From a virus: a DNA stretch of 64,000 nt. The DNA lies in IMG/VR virus record IMGVR_UViG_3300021961_000038, positions 1-64,000 of that record; one strand, written 5' to 3'. Position numbers and translations under genes: made by a program. Under the pieces are notes generated by a model that saw only the letters and a list, made by a program, of their open reading frames with translations, did no database searches and was not told where the DNA came from. Of the stretch, positions 1 to 8,121 are shown one piece after another. Every line of letters begins with the position of its first letter. Position 1 is the stretch's first letter.

Positions 1-294
1 GTTACCCTGATTTGTTCTAATACTCCAAGTAAATGCTCCTGTTAATGATATATTAAATTGATAGGTTTTTTGTTTTGTTAAAGTTAATGTAGGATTAGAT
101 GCTGTTCCATTTACTTCAAAACTTCCTCCGCTATCTTTAACAGTAAAAACTTCTTCAACGCCACCAGCACTATCTTCAACAATAGGTACTTCACTGGTAA
201 TAGATTTTACAGTAATATTGCCCTCAGTATCCACTGAGAATCCTGGTGAATTAAAACCGTATTTGCTGTAAAAAGGGTTGAATGTAATAGCCAT
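1..294 (-). CDS. Partial (3'-truncated by window edge) virion structural protein
   Basis: Read by hand: ATG at 294, GGAG SD at 301-304, late box TAAATA at 313-318. Open to position 1 (MAITFNPFYSKYGFNSPGFSVD...NPTLTLTKQKTYQFNI). The NPTLTL..TY.F motif resembles the cupredoxin-like modules of the other structural proteins here. Confidence 0.75.
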   Translation of the reverse strand, partial: MAITFNPFYSKYGFNSPGFSVDTEGNITVKSITSEVPIVEDSAGGVEEVFTVKDSGGSFEVNGTASNPTLTLTKQKTYQFNISLTGAFTWSIRTNQGN

Positions 295-351
295 AATTAT
301 CTCCGTCTATAGTATTTATCAATACACCTATATATAAAGAAAACGCTTTAA

Positions 352-780
352 TTAAGCAACAATAGGGTTGATAGACTCAAAATATGTGGCTTGAAAAATT
401 GCTTTTGTTTTGCTGTAATCTATACCGGAAACTGCTTTAGCAATCAGCGAAAGATTTATATCTACGTATGAATTGTTTACTACTGCTTGTACATCGAGTA
501 TATTTTGACCTAGATCTGCTTTCCCGTAAATTGTTAAATCTGCTTTATCAGGACCTGCTACAACAATGCACTTGATTATTTCTTTTTGTGTATTGCTGAA
601 TTCTGCAACAATAGTGTACTCGGCGGCCATAAATGTTCCCATATGCCATCGATCTAACCTTGTTGTTTTACCATCTAAGAGATAAATCCAAGGACCTCTG
701 TAGGAGAATTGAGCACCGTTTTTTAATACTACGGTGCCTTTTTCGCCTTTGTCAAAAACTTTATTAGCGTCGATCGTCAT
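352..780 (-). CDS. Hypothetical protein, probably virion structural (142 aa)
   Basis: Clean ORF in a late operon, TAAATA-N5-ATG upstream, beta-rich composition; no recognised motif. Confidence 0.6.
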   Translation of the reverse strand: MTIDANKVFDKGEKGTVVLKNGAQFSYRGPWIYLLDGKTTRLDRWHMGTFMAAEYTIVAEFSNTQKEIIKCIVVAGPDKADLTIYGKADLGQNILDVQAVVNNSYVDINLSLIAKAVSGIDYSKTKAIFQATYFESINPIVA

Positions 781-784
781 ACTA

Positions 785-2608
785 CTATTTAGTATTTGCG
801 ACTTTTACTAACTTTCCGTATTCTGGTAGATATAGATATTCGATTTGACTCTTTTTAAGTGTTTGTAATGCATCGTCTAGTGTTTCCACTAAAGGATCAC
901 CACCTAAGTTAAATGAAGTATTGAATATAATTGGACAATCTGTTTTTTCTTTAAACTTGCTAATCAAATTATAATAATGTTCATTTTGTTCTTTTGTAAC
1001 TGTTTGTATACGGCAGGTTCCATCAACGTGAATAATTGAAGGAATTTTTTCTTCAATACCTGGTTGACAGTTTACAGCATACATCATGCTTGGTGATTCT
1101 TCCATACCTCGTAGATCAAACCATTCATGTACATCTTCTTTAAGAATTGTACCAGCAAAAGGACGGAAATATTCTCTGTGTTTTACAGTGTTAACAAAAT
1201 CCTTACCGTCTTTTTCTCTTGGATCAAAAAGTATGCTTCTATTACCTAATGCTCTAGGACCATTTTCACAACGACCTTGGAACATAGCAACAATGTTTCT
1301 GTTAGTTAATAGTTCAACTACCATTTCGTTTGATGCTTCAAGTATTTCGCCGTTAACAGCATCCACTTTTTCTTGAAGTTCTTCTTCTGTGTAGCAATAT
1401 GCTGGACCTAAGTATAAATTGTCAGTCCATGTTTTGATAGTTTCGTCCTGAGAAATACTTCTATGAATAAACATAGCCGCACCCATAGCCGTTCCTGCAT
1501 CACTAGAAATCGGTTCAACATATAAATTAATATTGTTCTTTTTAAGTGTTTCTAAATAATGATAATTAGCAACACAGTTTAATGCATATCCTCCAGATAG
1601 CACAACATTTTTCTCTCCTGTCATTTCAACGGCTTTAAGAATTAATTTTAACACTTCTTCTTGTGTTTCTTGTTGTACCTTATATGCGAGGTCTCTTCTA
1701 TTTTTTAATTTAGTATAGTCTTTTTTCTCATCTCCGCCATTAATACCAAGTTCACCTTCTAGTTCATCATACATTAACGCATTGATAATAGAACTTTGAG
1801 GATAGTTTGGAATAATAACGTTTCTGTTTGTAAGAGTTACTTTACCATCTCGAACAAAAAGACTTGGGATTTTATCATTAGGCTCACCATATGGGAAAAG
1901 TCCCATAGTTTTTCCTGCTTCAATTGAACTGAAGCCACAGTATTCTGTTACTGCCTCATAGGCTTTTGTAATACCAGCGGTATCAGAAATAACGCATTCG
2001 TGTTTTCCATCTTCATTATACATAGAACTATCAAAGTTTGTATTAACAGCACCTACCATTGGACCACGTAAACCAATGTGTTTGTATAATGTTTTAAAGT
2101 TGCTAGGATATTCACAACTAAAAATAGTTTCAGTTTCCCAACCTGTTGTTTGTTGTCCACCAAAATTTAAAGGAATAAATGTTCCAGCACCATCAACAAT
2201 TACTGCAACTGCTTTATCAAATCCTGATCTATAAAAAGCACAAGCGGCGTGTAATTTATGATGCACAAAACTTAAATCAACAACCTGACTGTGTTGATAA
2301 GGATTCTCTGCTCTACTAATTAAGCCTAATTTACGTGCTAATCCAGTATACACATTGTCACCTGTGTAGTCAATTCTACCTGCTGATTCGTCTACACTTT
2401 GCGTATGTGCAATAACTAGATAATCAAGTTTATCTGTGTAATCTAAAATTTTAACCATTGAAGCAAATGGGCCACCATCATACTTTTGTCTTGATAGTCT
2501 TTCTTCTTCGATAGAGAATACAATTTCGCCGTCTTTTAGTAGACATACACCTGAGTTATGTCCTCTAGCAATACCGGCAATCCATACTGGTTTTTTATTT
2601 TCACTCAT
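785..2608 (-). CDS. O-carbamoyltransferase, NodU/CmcH/TobZ family
   Basis: Motifs GHNSG..L..DG.I....EEERLSRQK, HHKLHA, VDGAG, GKTMGL, SGGYALNCVAN, DAGTAMGAA, GPRALGNRSIL, KHREYFRPFA, HVDGTCRIQTV, NTSFNLGGDPLV (Kae1-like plus YrdC-like domains). Confidence 0.93.
   Translation of the reverse strand: MSENKKPVWIAGIARGHNSGVCLLKDGEIVFSIEEERLSRQKYDGGPFASMVKILDYTDKLDYLVIAHTQSVDESAGRIDYTGDNVYTGLARKLGLISRAENPYQHSQVVDLSFVHHKLHAACAFYRSGFDKAVAVIVDGAGTFIPLNFGGQQTTGWETETIFSCEYPSNFKTLYKHIGLRGPMVGAVNTNFDSSMYNEDGKHECVISDTAGITKAYEAVTEYCGFSSIEAGKTMGLFPYGEPNDKIPSLFVRDGKVTLTNRNVIIPNYPQSSIINALMYDELEGELGINGGDEKKDYTKLKNRRDLAYKVQQETQEEVLKLILKAVEMTGEKNVVLSGGYALNCVANYHYLETLKKNNINLYVEPISSDAGTAMGAAMFIHRSISQDETIKTWTDNLYLGPAYCYTEEELQEKVDAVNGEILEASNEMVVELLTNRNIVAMFQGRCENGPRALGNRSILFDPREKDGKDFVNTVKHREYFRPFAGTILKEDVHEWFDLRGMEESPSMMYAVNCQPGIEEKIPSIIHVDGTCRIQTVTKEQNEHYYNLISKFKEKTDCPIIFNTSFNLGGDPLVETLDDALQTLKKSQIEYLYLPEYGKLVKVANTK
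786..791 (-). promoter_or_regulatory. Late promoter box, TAAATA-N5-ATG type (representative; same geometry at 5642, 27563, 32192, 32460, 39294, 49720, 50193)
   Basis: T4-like late -10 core TAAATA lies exactly 5 nt before the start codon; a gp55 sigma factor is encoded in the window. Confidence 0.65.
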
Positions 2609-3792
2609 TATTTTATCTCCTGTTTAGGATTCATAAACGGAGGAAGTCCTTTTGCTCCTCCGGCAGGTCCTGTTATGCCAAATTGTGATGGCATTGCTGG
2701 AGCCATTGCCGCTGGTGTTTGTGGTTGCTGTGGATGTTGATGCATATGTCCGTGTTCGTGAACTACACCATGTACAGGACATACCTGTTGGTGTTGAGGT
2801 TCTTGTCCTTTTAATTTAGCAACTTTGACACTAGGATCACGTTGCTTAGGAAATTTCTTAGTCAGATCAACTGCCGCTTTAACTAAATCATCTTCCTGTG
2901 CATTGCTCATACGTGATAACCCATCATTCATTCTGTCAGTATGTTCATCTGGTGCAATTCTGATAGGTGCATATTCTCTTCCTTTTTCACCTGTATCAAT
3001 AATCTTGAAAGTTTTTTCATTTGGATAGGAAATATTGATAGGATATGTCGAAGAAACAACTGATACACACGGAACGTCCAGTGCATATGCAATGTGCTGA
3101 CCTACGCTATCACACCCGATAAAAATATCTGCGTCCTTAATTAAACCTGACCACTGTCTTAAACTAATACCTGCTGGTTGTGGAATAGGAACATCAAATT
3201 TTTCGCCACTAAAATCAATCTGCAACTCAGCCATGATCATTGTAGCATATCCTTTTTTCTGTAACTTTTGAATTATAGAAACTAGATTAGAGTATTCTAG
3301 ACTGCGTGATGTACTATCGTTAAATATTCCATCTCTAAATTCAATTCCACGACCAAAAGGTTGAATAATTGCAACCTTGTCCTTACCGGTCATTTGTTGC
3401 ACTTCGTTCATAGTAATAACACCATTAAGCATTTCGTCTTTGCTTAATTTAAGTGTAGGTTTTGGTAAATCTCTGGGTTCTTCTCTATTATTAAAAATAA
3501 TATCGAAGCACTGTGCCAAACTTGCTTTTTGATTGTAGTAATGCCAAACTCTATATGGTTCAGGACTTACACAATTTCTATCTTTAATTTTGTCTTGAAA
3601 CAAATTTTTGTGCCATACGTCGTATGCACGTTTATCTAAATCGTGATGACCTTTATAGAATTCAGTACCACCTTCACAAACAATGATAAAATCATCATCT
3701 GGATTTTCTTCTCTAAATTTTTCTAAACCCGGAATGGAAGTAAGGACTCTACCAGCACCGCCGTTTATAAAAAACGCTGTTGATCTTTTCAT
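2608..3792 (-). CDS. GT-B glycosyltransferase, GT9 (heptosyltransferase)-like, with His/Gln/Pro-rich C-terminal tail
   Basis: N-terminal GGAGRVLTSIP, IIQPFG, and LRQWSGLIKDADIFIGCDSVGQHIAYALDVPCV match the GT9 signature (A..FIG.DSG..H.A.A...P). The stop overlaps the carbamoyltransferase start (TAATG). Confidence 0.8.
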   Translation of the reverse strand: MKRSTAFFINGGAGRVLTSIPGLEKFREENPDDDFIIVCEGGTEFYKGHHDLDKRAYDVWHKNLFQDKIKDRNCVSPEPYRVWHYYNQKASLAQCFDIIFNNREEPRDLPKPTLKLSKDEMLNGVITMNEVQQMTGKDKVAIIQPFGRGIEFRDGIFNDSTSRSLEYSNLVSIIQKLQKKGYATMIMAELQIDFSGEKFDVPIPQPAGISLRQWSGLIKDADIFIGCDSVGQHIAYALDVPCVSVVSSTYPINISYPNEKTFKIIDTGEKGREYAPIRIAPDEHTDRMNDGLSRMSNAQEDDLVKAAVDLTKKFPKQRDPSVKVAKLKGQEPQHQQVCPVHGVVHEHGHMHQHPQQPQTPAAMAPAMPSQFGITGPAGGAKGLPPFMNPKQEIK

Positions 3793-3826
3793 TTTTTTCC
3801 TCTAATCTATATTTTTTGCAGTCTTT

Positions 3827-3864
3827 ATAATAGCATCAGATCACTTCTAATGCAAGAATATTTA
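3827..3864 (-). promoter_or_regulatory. Sigma70-type promoter (TTGCAT-N17-TATTAT with extended TG) plus late TAAATA box upstream of the GT/carbamoyltransferase pair
   Basis: Minus strand: TAAATA 3864-3859, TTGCAT 3855-3850, 17-nt spacer, TGcTATTAT 3835-3827. Confidence 0.55.
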
Positions 3865-3898
3865 ACTAACAAAACTAGATGAGGTTTAGATCTTGGTT

Positions 3899-4759
3899 TT
3901 ATGTATTTGTGGAAGTATCCGGAGCAACATTTGCCGCATTTGGATCTACTGGTTCTGGAGCGTTATCAACAGCAGTATCCTGGAAAGTTGCTAGTGTTTC
4001 CGCAGGCATAATAGGCATCTCTACCTGTAATTGTCCTGGAGGCGGATCATCTGGATTCATAACTGTCTGTGCTCTAGGGTCTTGTGGGAATGGAATCATC
4101 CATGGATCCCAAGTATCTCTTGGAAATTTAGTAGGAATTGATACTAAATCTTCTTTGAATGCTGTCATTTTAGCAATCATATCCGTGTTACCTTGTTCTG
4201 TATATGTTGCTATTGCGTCTGTTGCCTCTGAAACTAAACTTGCCGCCGCGACATCTAAATTTTCAAATGTCATATGCGGTCTTTTCCATGGAAAAGGCTT
4301 TTTCCATTCTTCTGCAACAAAATCGTACTGTACTTCACTTACTTCGTATGTGTGATCTGGTACAGGAATAGTTGCTCTAGAATAATAAACTGTTGTGTCT
4401 GAAGGATCAATGTCTGTTCTTGTAAATTCTGTTTGAGGATAGTCTGCTTGATCAACTTTCATCCAAAGAAGAGCACCTAATAATGGTTCTTTTCTAGCAT
4501 CTACTAGTATAGCCGCCGCATCATTACCACCTTGTTGGTGCCAACGCTCTGCTTGTTCAGGAGTACCATCATATGCTTCTTGATCATAGGACGGAATAAC
4601 ATAACCTGTTTCTCTGGTAACATAACACCAAAATTTTGCAGGACCTACATATGTAAAGTCAGCAGTAAGACCTAACTCATTTGTATCGTATAGATACTTG
4701 TCAGGCATATCATACGTAAAATCTACTTCAATATTTGGTACATTATTTGAACTTGCCAT
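3899..4759 (-). CDS. Hypothetical acidic protein, possible tail-fibre assembly/chaperone-like (286 aa)
   Basis: Directly follows the Cys-rich trio. C-terminal L.SIP.KFP....PW.IPFP.DP resembles phage fibre-assembly chaperone endings. AGGAG SD. Confidence 0.5.
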   Translation of the reverse strand: MASSNNVPNIEVDFTYDMPDKYLYDTNELGLTADFTYVGPAKFWCYVTRETGYVIPSYDQEAYDGTPEQAERWHQQGGNDAAAILVDARKEPLLGALLWMKVDQADYPQTEFTRTDIDPSDTTVYYSRATIPVPDHTYEVSEVQYDFVAEEWKKPFPWKRPHMTFENLDVAAASLVSEATDAIATYTEQGNTDMIAKMTAFKEDLVSIPTKFPRDTWDPWMIPFPQDPRAQTVMNPDDPPPGQLQVEMPIMPAETLATFQDTAVDNAPEPVDPNAANVAPDTSTNT

Positions 4760-4787
4760 ATTATCTTTTAAACTCCTATAACTCTAT

Positions 4788-5636
4788 TTACGTTTGATAC
4801 CATGTGATTCTGATCATTCCTGGAGCACCATATGATCCACAATGGCAGTGTCCTGACCATGTGTAGAATGTTACGCCACCAAATCCTGGTACGTATTGTG
4901 GTGAAAGTCTTGACCAACCAATATTGTTTGCCGCCGCACAGTTTACGTAAGTATCAAAGTGTCTACCACCTACACCTACACCAACTGTACCACCGCATTT
5001 ATTAACAAGTCCGCCTGGATATGGTAGATAGTGTTTATAACAGCAGTGATCACCGCATGATCTATTAACCCACCAACCACGCACACCGCAAATATTAATA
5101 TCACCACCGTAAGCACACGCAGTACCTGAGTTTTGTTGACATCCACAGCACCATGAACGACAGTTACAATAACCTGTTACATAACATCCATAACCTGGGA
5201 AGCAGTAAGAACATCCTTCAATACCACCATCAGCACAGAAGTTACTTAATCCTGTACCTTTAATGGAAGAACGACATCCTCTAAATCCGTTTCTACCGTT
5301 GGTACAACAAGCACCTTCACCCATACACATATCATAACAGTCGCCTGATGATACTGAAATAGTTCTACGTGCATATGCACCTGATCCACCTGGTGCACCA
5401 CCCATACAACAGCAGTTTACACCGCCACCGCCACCTGAGCCCCATGCTTCAAATGTAGCACGAACGGCATCGGTTGGAACAATAAAAGCAAAACAGCAAT
5501 ATTGTTGATAGTTACCAAATGATGGACAACTCCAACAAGATGATCTCCAAATTAATGTACAGCCTCCTGGTAAGTCTGTTACGCTCTCACCTGCTGGTAG
5601 TACTAAATCGTTTATGTATGATGATAGTTTTGCCAT
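4788..5636 (-). CDS. Cys/Gly-rich adhesin-like protein, paralogue 3 (31 Cys in 282 aa by hand count)
   Basis: FEAWGSGGGGG..CCC...PGGSGAY, SNFCADGG and C-terminal G.PG.IRITW are shared with the two neighbours; resembles glycine-rich phage fibre-tip domains. Confidence 0.7.
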   Translation of the reverse strand: MAKLSSYINDLVLPAGESVTDLPGGCTLIWRSSCWSCPSFGNYQQYCCFAFIVPTDAVRATFEAWGSGGGGGVNCCCMGGAPGGSGAYARRTISVSSGDCYDMCMGEGACCTNGRNGFRGCRSSIKGTGLSNFCADGGIEGCSYCFPGYGCYVTGYCNCRSWCCGCQQNSGTACAYGGDINICGVRGWWVNRSCGDHCCYKHYLPYPGGLVNKCGGTVGVGVGGRHFDTYVNCAAANNIGWSRLSPQYVPGFGGVTFYTWSGHCHCGSYGAPGMIRITWYQT

Positions 5637-5649
5637 ATTAATATTTACC

Positions 5650-6507
5650 TTAACAACAGTCGTTCCATGTTACTCTGACGAATCCAGCATTTCCTGGATA
5701 ACCATAACAGCATCCACCACCACATGATGTTGCTGACTGTCCACCAACACCAGGTGTTAAACCTGATTCACCTGTTGCCCATCCAATATCAAACACACAT
5801 CGTGCCCAGTCTGAGAAACAAGCGTCACCCATATTTCTTACATGAGAATGTCCGCCATTTTTGTTTACTAGACCACCTGGATAATGATACCATAATCCCC
5901 AATAGCATGGTCCACAGTTACATTGTGCCCATATAAATGAAGGTCTTCCATAAGTTCCTCCATCGGCACCGTAATACATTTTACAACATAAGCAACAGTA
6001 TTGTTCTGTATAATAATATCCGCAGTTGTTACCTTGACAGTAACCATATCCCCACATAATCCAACAACAAGTTTTACCTGGGTTTCCGCCTTCAACACAG
6101 AAATTACTTAATCCTGCACCTTCAATATAACCTTTACAACCTAAAATACCGCAACAACATGAAGCACAACAAGTTGGTGGTCCTGGATAAAATGCGTAAC
6201 AATCTCCTACAGCATAGTCGGCACCATTGTTGTGACCTTTTAAACATTTGTAAGCATATGCACCAGATCCTCCTGGAACACCTTGTTGACAACAACAAGC
6301 ACCGCCACCTGATCCGCCACCTGCCCAAACTTCAAATTTGGCACAGTTTGCACCATCTGGCATACACCAATATAGATAACAGTTACCTGCGTAGTCTGAG
6401 TTACAGTAACATTGACAGTGAGGGAAGAATACCACTTGACATCCCGGTTCTAACGGTCTAATGTCTGTTGGACTAACTGCTCCTAATAATGATTTTAAAT
6501 TTGCCAT
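5650..6507 (-). CDS. Cys/Gly-rich adhesin-like protein, paralogue 2 (37 Cys in 285 aa by hand count)
   Basis: FEVWAGGGSGGGACCCQQGVPGGSGAY, SNFCVEGG, G.AG.VRVTW; ends in CC. Confidence 0.7.
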   Translation of the reverse strand: MANLKSLLGAVSPTDIRPLEPGCQVVFFPHCQCYCNSDYAGNCYLYWCMPDGANCAKFEVWAGGGSGGGACCCQQGVPGGSGAYAYKCLKGHNNGADYAVGDCYAFYPGPPTCCASCCCGILGCKGYIEGAGLSNFCVEGGNPGKTCCWIMWGYGYCQGNNCGYYYTEQYCCLCCKMYYGADGGTYGRPSFIWAQCNCGPCYWGLWYHYPGGLVNKNGGHSHVRNMGDACFSDWARCVFDIGWATGESGLTPGVGGQSATSCGGGCCYGYPGNAGFVRVTWNDCC

Positions 6508-6515
6508 TTCTTCTC

Positions 6516-7367
6516 CTATGGATCCAATGTTATTCTTACTAAACCTGGGCCGCCTGGTCCACCGCAGTAACAGTTTCCGCCTAATGCCGAACCTGAAATA
6601 CCACCTTGACCTGGTGCTCTTTGGTGTGATCCACCACCACCGATTAAACCTTGTCCGCCTCTACAGCCGTCAAATCCGCCCGGCATATTGTAAGCACAAA
6701 ATCTATGCATATCCCATCTCATACCTTGCATTGATAAATGTCCTGGCAATGGCGTGTAGTGTTTATACCAACATGAGTTATTATTTTGACAGTGAGTTGC
6801 GATACCACCTAATCTACCTGGAACGCCCATATCACCGCCGAACCAACAAGCACAACAGTTTGGATATCTAGGATCTAAACAAACTCCACATCCAATACAG
6901 TTGAACATAAAGCAGAGTGAACAACCTGAGTTTCCACCTTCTGCACAAAAATTCGAGTACCAATAATTGTTACTAATCCAACTTTTACAACCTCTGTATC
7001 CACAAGCAAAAACTGGTGAACAACAAGAAGGTGGTCCAATACAAATTTGTAATTCTTGATTACAGTTTTGATAATTCTGTACACATTTTCTTACGTAAGC
7101 ACCTGAGCCGCCGTCAAATCCCCATTGGCAACAGCATACACCTGCGGCTCCACCGCCGCCGCCCCACATCTCAATGGTCATTTTGTTGACCGAAGGATCA
7201 GGATTGAAACAGTGTTCGTGTCTACATTGATCCGTGTTATGTGAAATACCACAGTGTTGAGTAAATGTCACTTGGCAGGTATAATATTTTCTGCAAGGAG
7301 CATTAGGCGATGTAGCATCAAACTCATCACTCGTTGCTCTATCTAATAAACTTTTTAAGTTAGCCAT
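6516..7367 (-). CDS. Cys/Gly-rich adhesin-like protein, paralogue 1 (30 Cys in 283 aa by hand count)
   Basis: IEMWGGGGGAAGVCCCQWG.DGGSGAY, SNFCAEGG, GGPGLVRIT; N-terminus MANLKSLL identical to paralogue 2. Confidence 0.7.
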   Translation of the reverse strand: MANLKSLLDRATSDEFDATSPNAPCRKYYTCQVTFTQHCGISHNTDQCRHEHCFNPDPSVNKMTIEMWGGGGGAAGVCCCQWGFDGGSGAYVRKCVQNYQNCNQELQICIGPPSCCSPVFACGYRGCKSWISNNYWYSNFCAEGGNSGCSLCFMFNCIGCGVCLDPRYPNCCACWFGGDMGVPGRLGGIATHCQNNNSCWYKHYTPLPGHLSMQGMRWDMHRFCAYNMPGGFDGCRGGQGLIGGGGSHQRAPGQGGISGSALGGNCYCGGPGGPGLVRITLDP

Positions 7368-7419
7368 TTACTTTATCCTTAATCCTCTTTTTTAATGTGT
7401 GCTAGTATTTAACTTAAAA

Positions 7420-7746
7420 TTAAATTAAAATCCAGCCGTAAGTTGCTCCAGAATACATTAATGTTACAGTAGCATTGTTCAAGTTAAGATCTAAATTTTC
7501 ATTTAAGTTTTGTATCTTAGAACCATTTCTTGCTAATGTTACATTGTATTGTCCGAAAGAACCTGTGACATCAATAATTTGGATAGTATCACCAGTGACT
7601 AACGAAGCGTTTGCAGGCAAAGTGACAGTAAAAGCACCACCGCTTGTATCAGCAAGAACTCTATCGTTCACTACCGCTTGGTAAGTACCGCTAATTTCAC
7701 GGATAACTGCACCGCTTGTTCCAGTTGTTGTAATATATCTTCCCAT
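7420..7746 (-). CDS. Small fibre adaptor protein with a T4 gp34 N-terminal-repeat-like domain
   Basis: DTSGGAFTVTLP...GDTIQIID..GSF...NVTLARNGSKI....NLDL......TLMY.....GW, the recurrent gp34-type repeat. Confidence 0.65.
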   Translation of the reverse strand: MGRYITTTGTSGAVIREISGTYQAVVNDRVLADTSGGAFTVTLPANASLVTGDTIQIIDVTGSFGQYNVTLARNGSKIQNLNENLDLNLNNATVTLMYSGATYGWILI

Positions 7747-7775
7747 TTGTTGTTCCTTATCTTATTGTTATTTAT

Positions 7776-8093
7776 CTATGCTAGTGTTTCAATGCCCATT
7801 ACAACACAACTCATTGCTGGGGCACTCGAATACGCTACAATCTTTTTTCCTGCGTCAAGCACAAGACCTGTTCTCTCCAACACACCTTTTGCTTGGATTT
7901 CAACGTCAAATTCAATCCATTCAGCATCTGTAGGTGTATCAGCGGCCGCTACTGCTAATCTTACAGCCGCCGCGTTATTTGAGCGGTTGCACATAGACAC
8001 AGTAACAACGGAATAGGTACTTGCAGGCACTGTATAAATCGTGGTATTACTACCTTGTGCCATACTTGCCGCTCCTAGTCTTCCTGTTGCCAT
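7776..8093 (-). CDS. Small virion protein (105 aa), member of a three-copy family here
   Basis: YTVP....V.VSMCNR...VRLA....WIEFDVEI....LER..LVLD.G.KI; similar to 21341-21670 and 25396-25746. Confidence 0.65.
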   Translation of the reverse strand: MATGRLGAASMAQGSNTTIYTVPASTYSVVTVSMCNRSNNAAAVRLAVAAADTPTDAEWIEFDVEIQAKGVLERTGLVLDAGKKIVAYSSAPAMSCVVMGIETLA

Positions 8094-8121
8094 ATTTTTT
8101 TCTCCTTTTTGTTACTTACCT

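Noticed and set aside
3871-3900. Possible terminator after 3899-4759
   Set aside because: The stem is weak, AT-rich and interrupted; not supportable.
4788-7367. Diversity-generating retroelement or RiPP precursor explanation for the Cys-rich trio
   Set aside because: No reverse transcriptase or adenine-specific TR/VR repeat pair is visible, the paralogues are widely diverged, and the proteins are ~280-aa Gly-rich domains rather than leader-core peptides.
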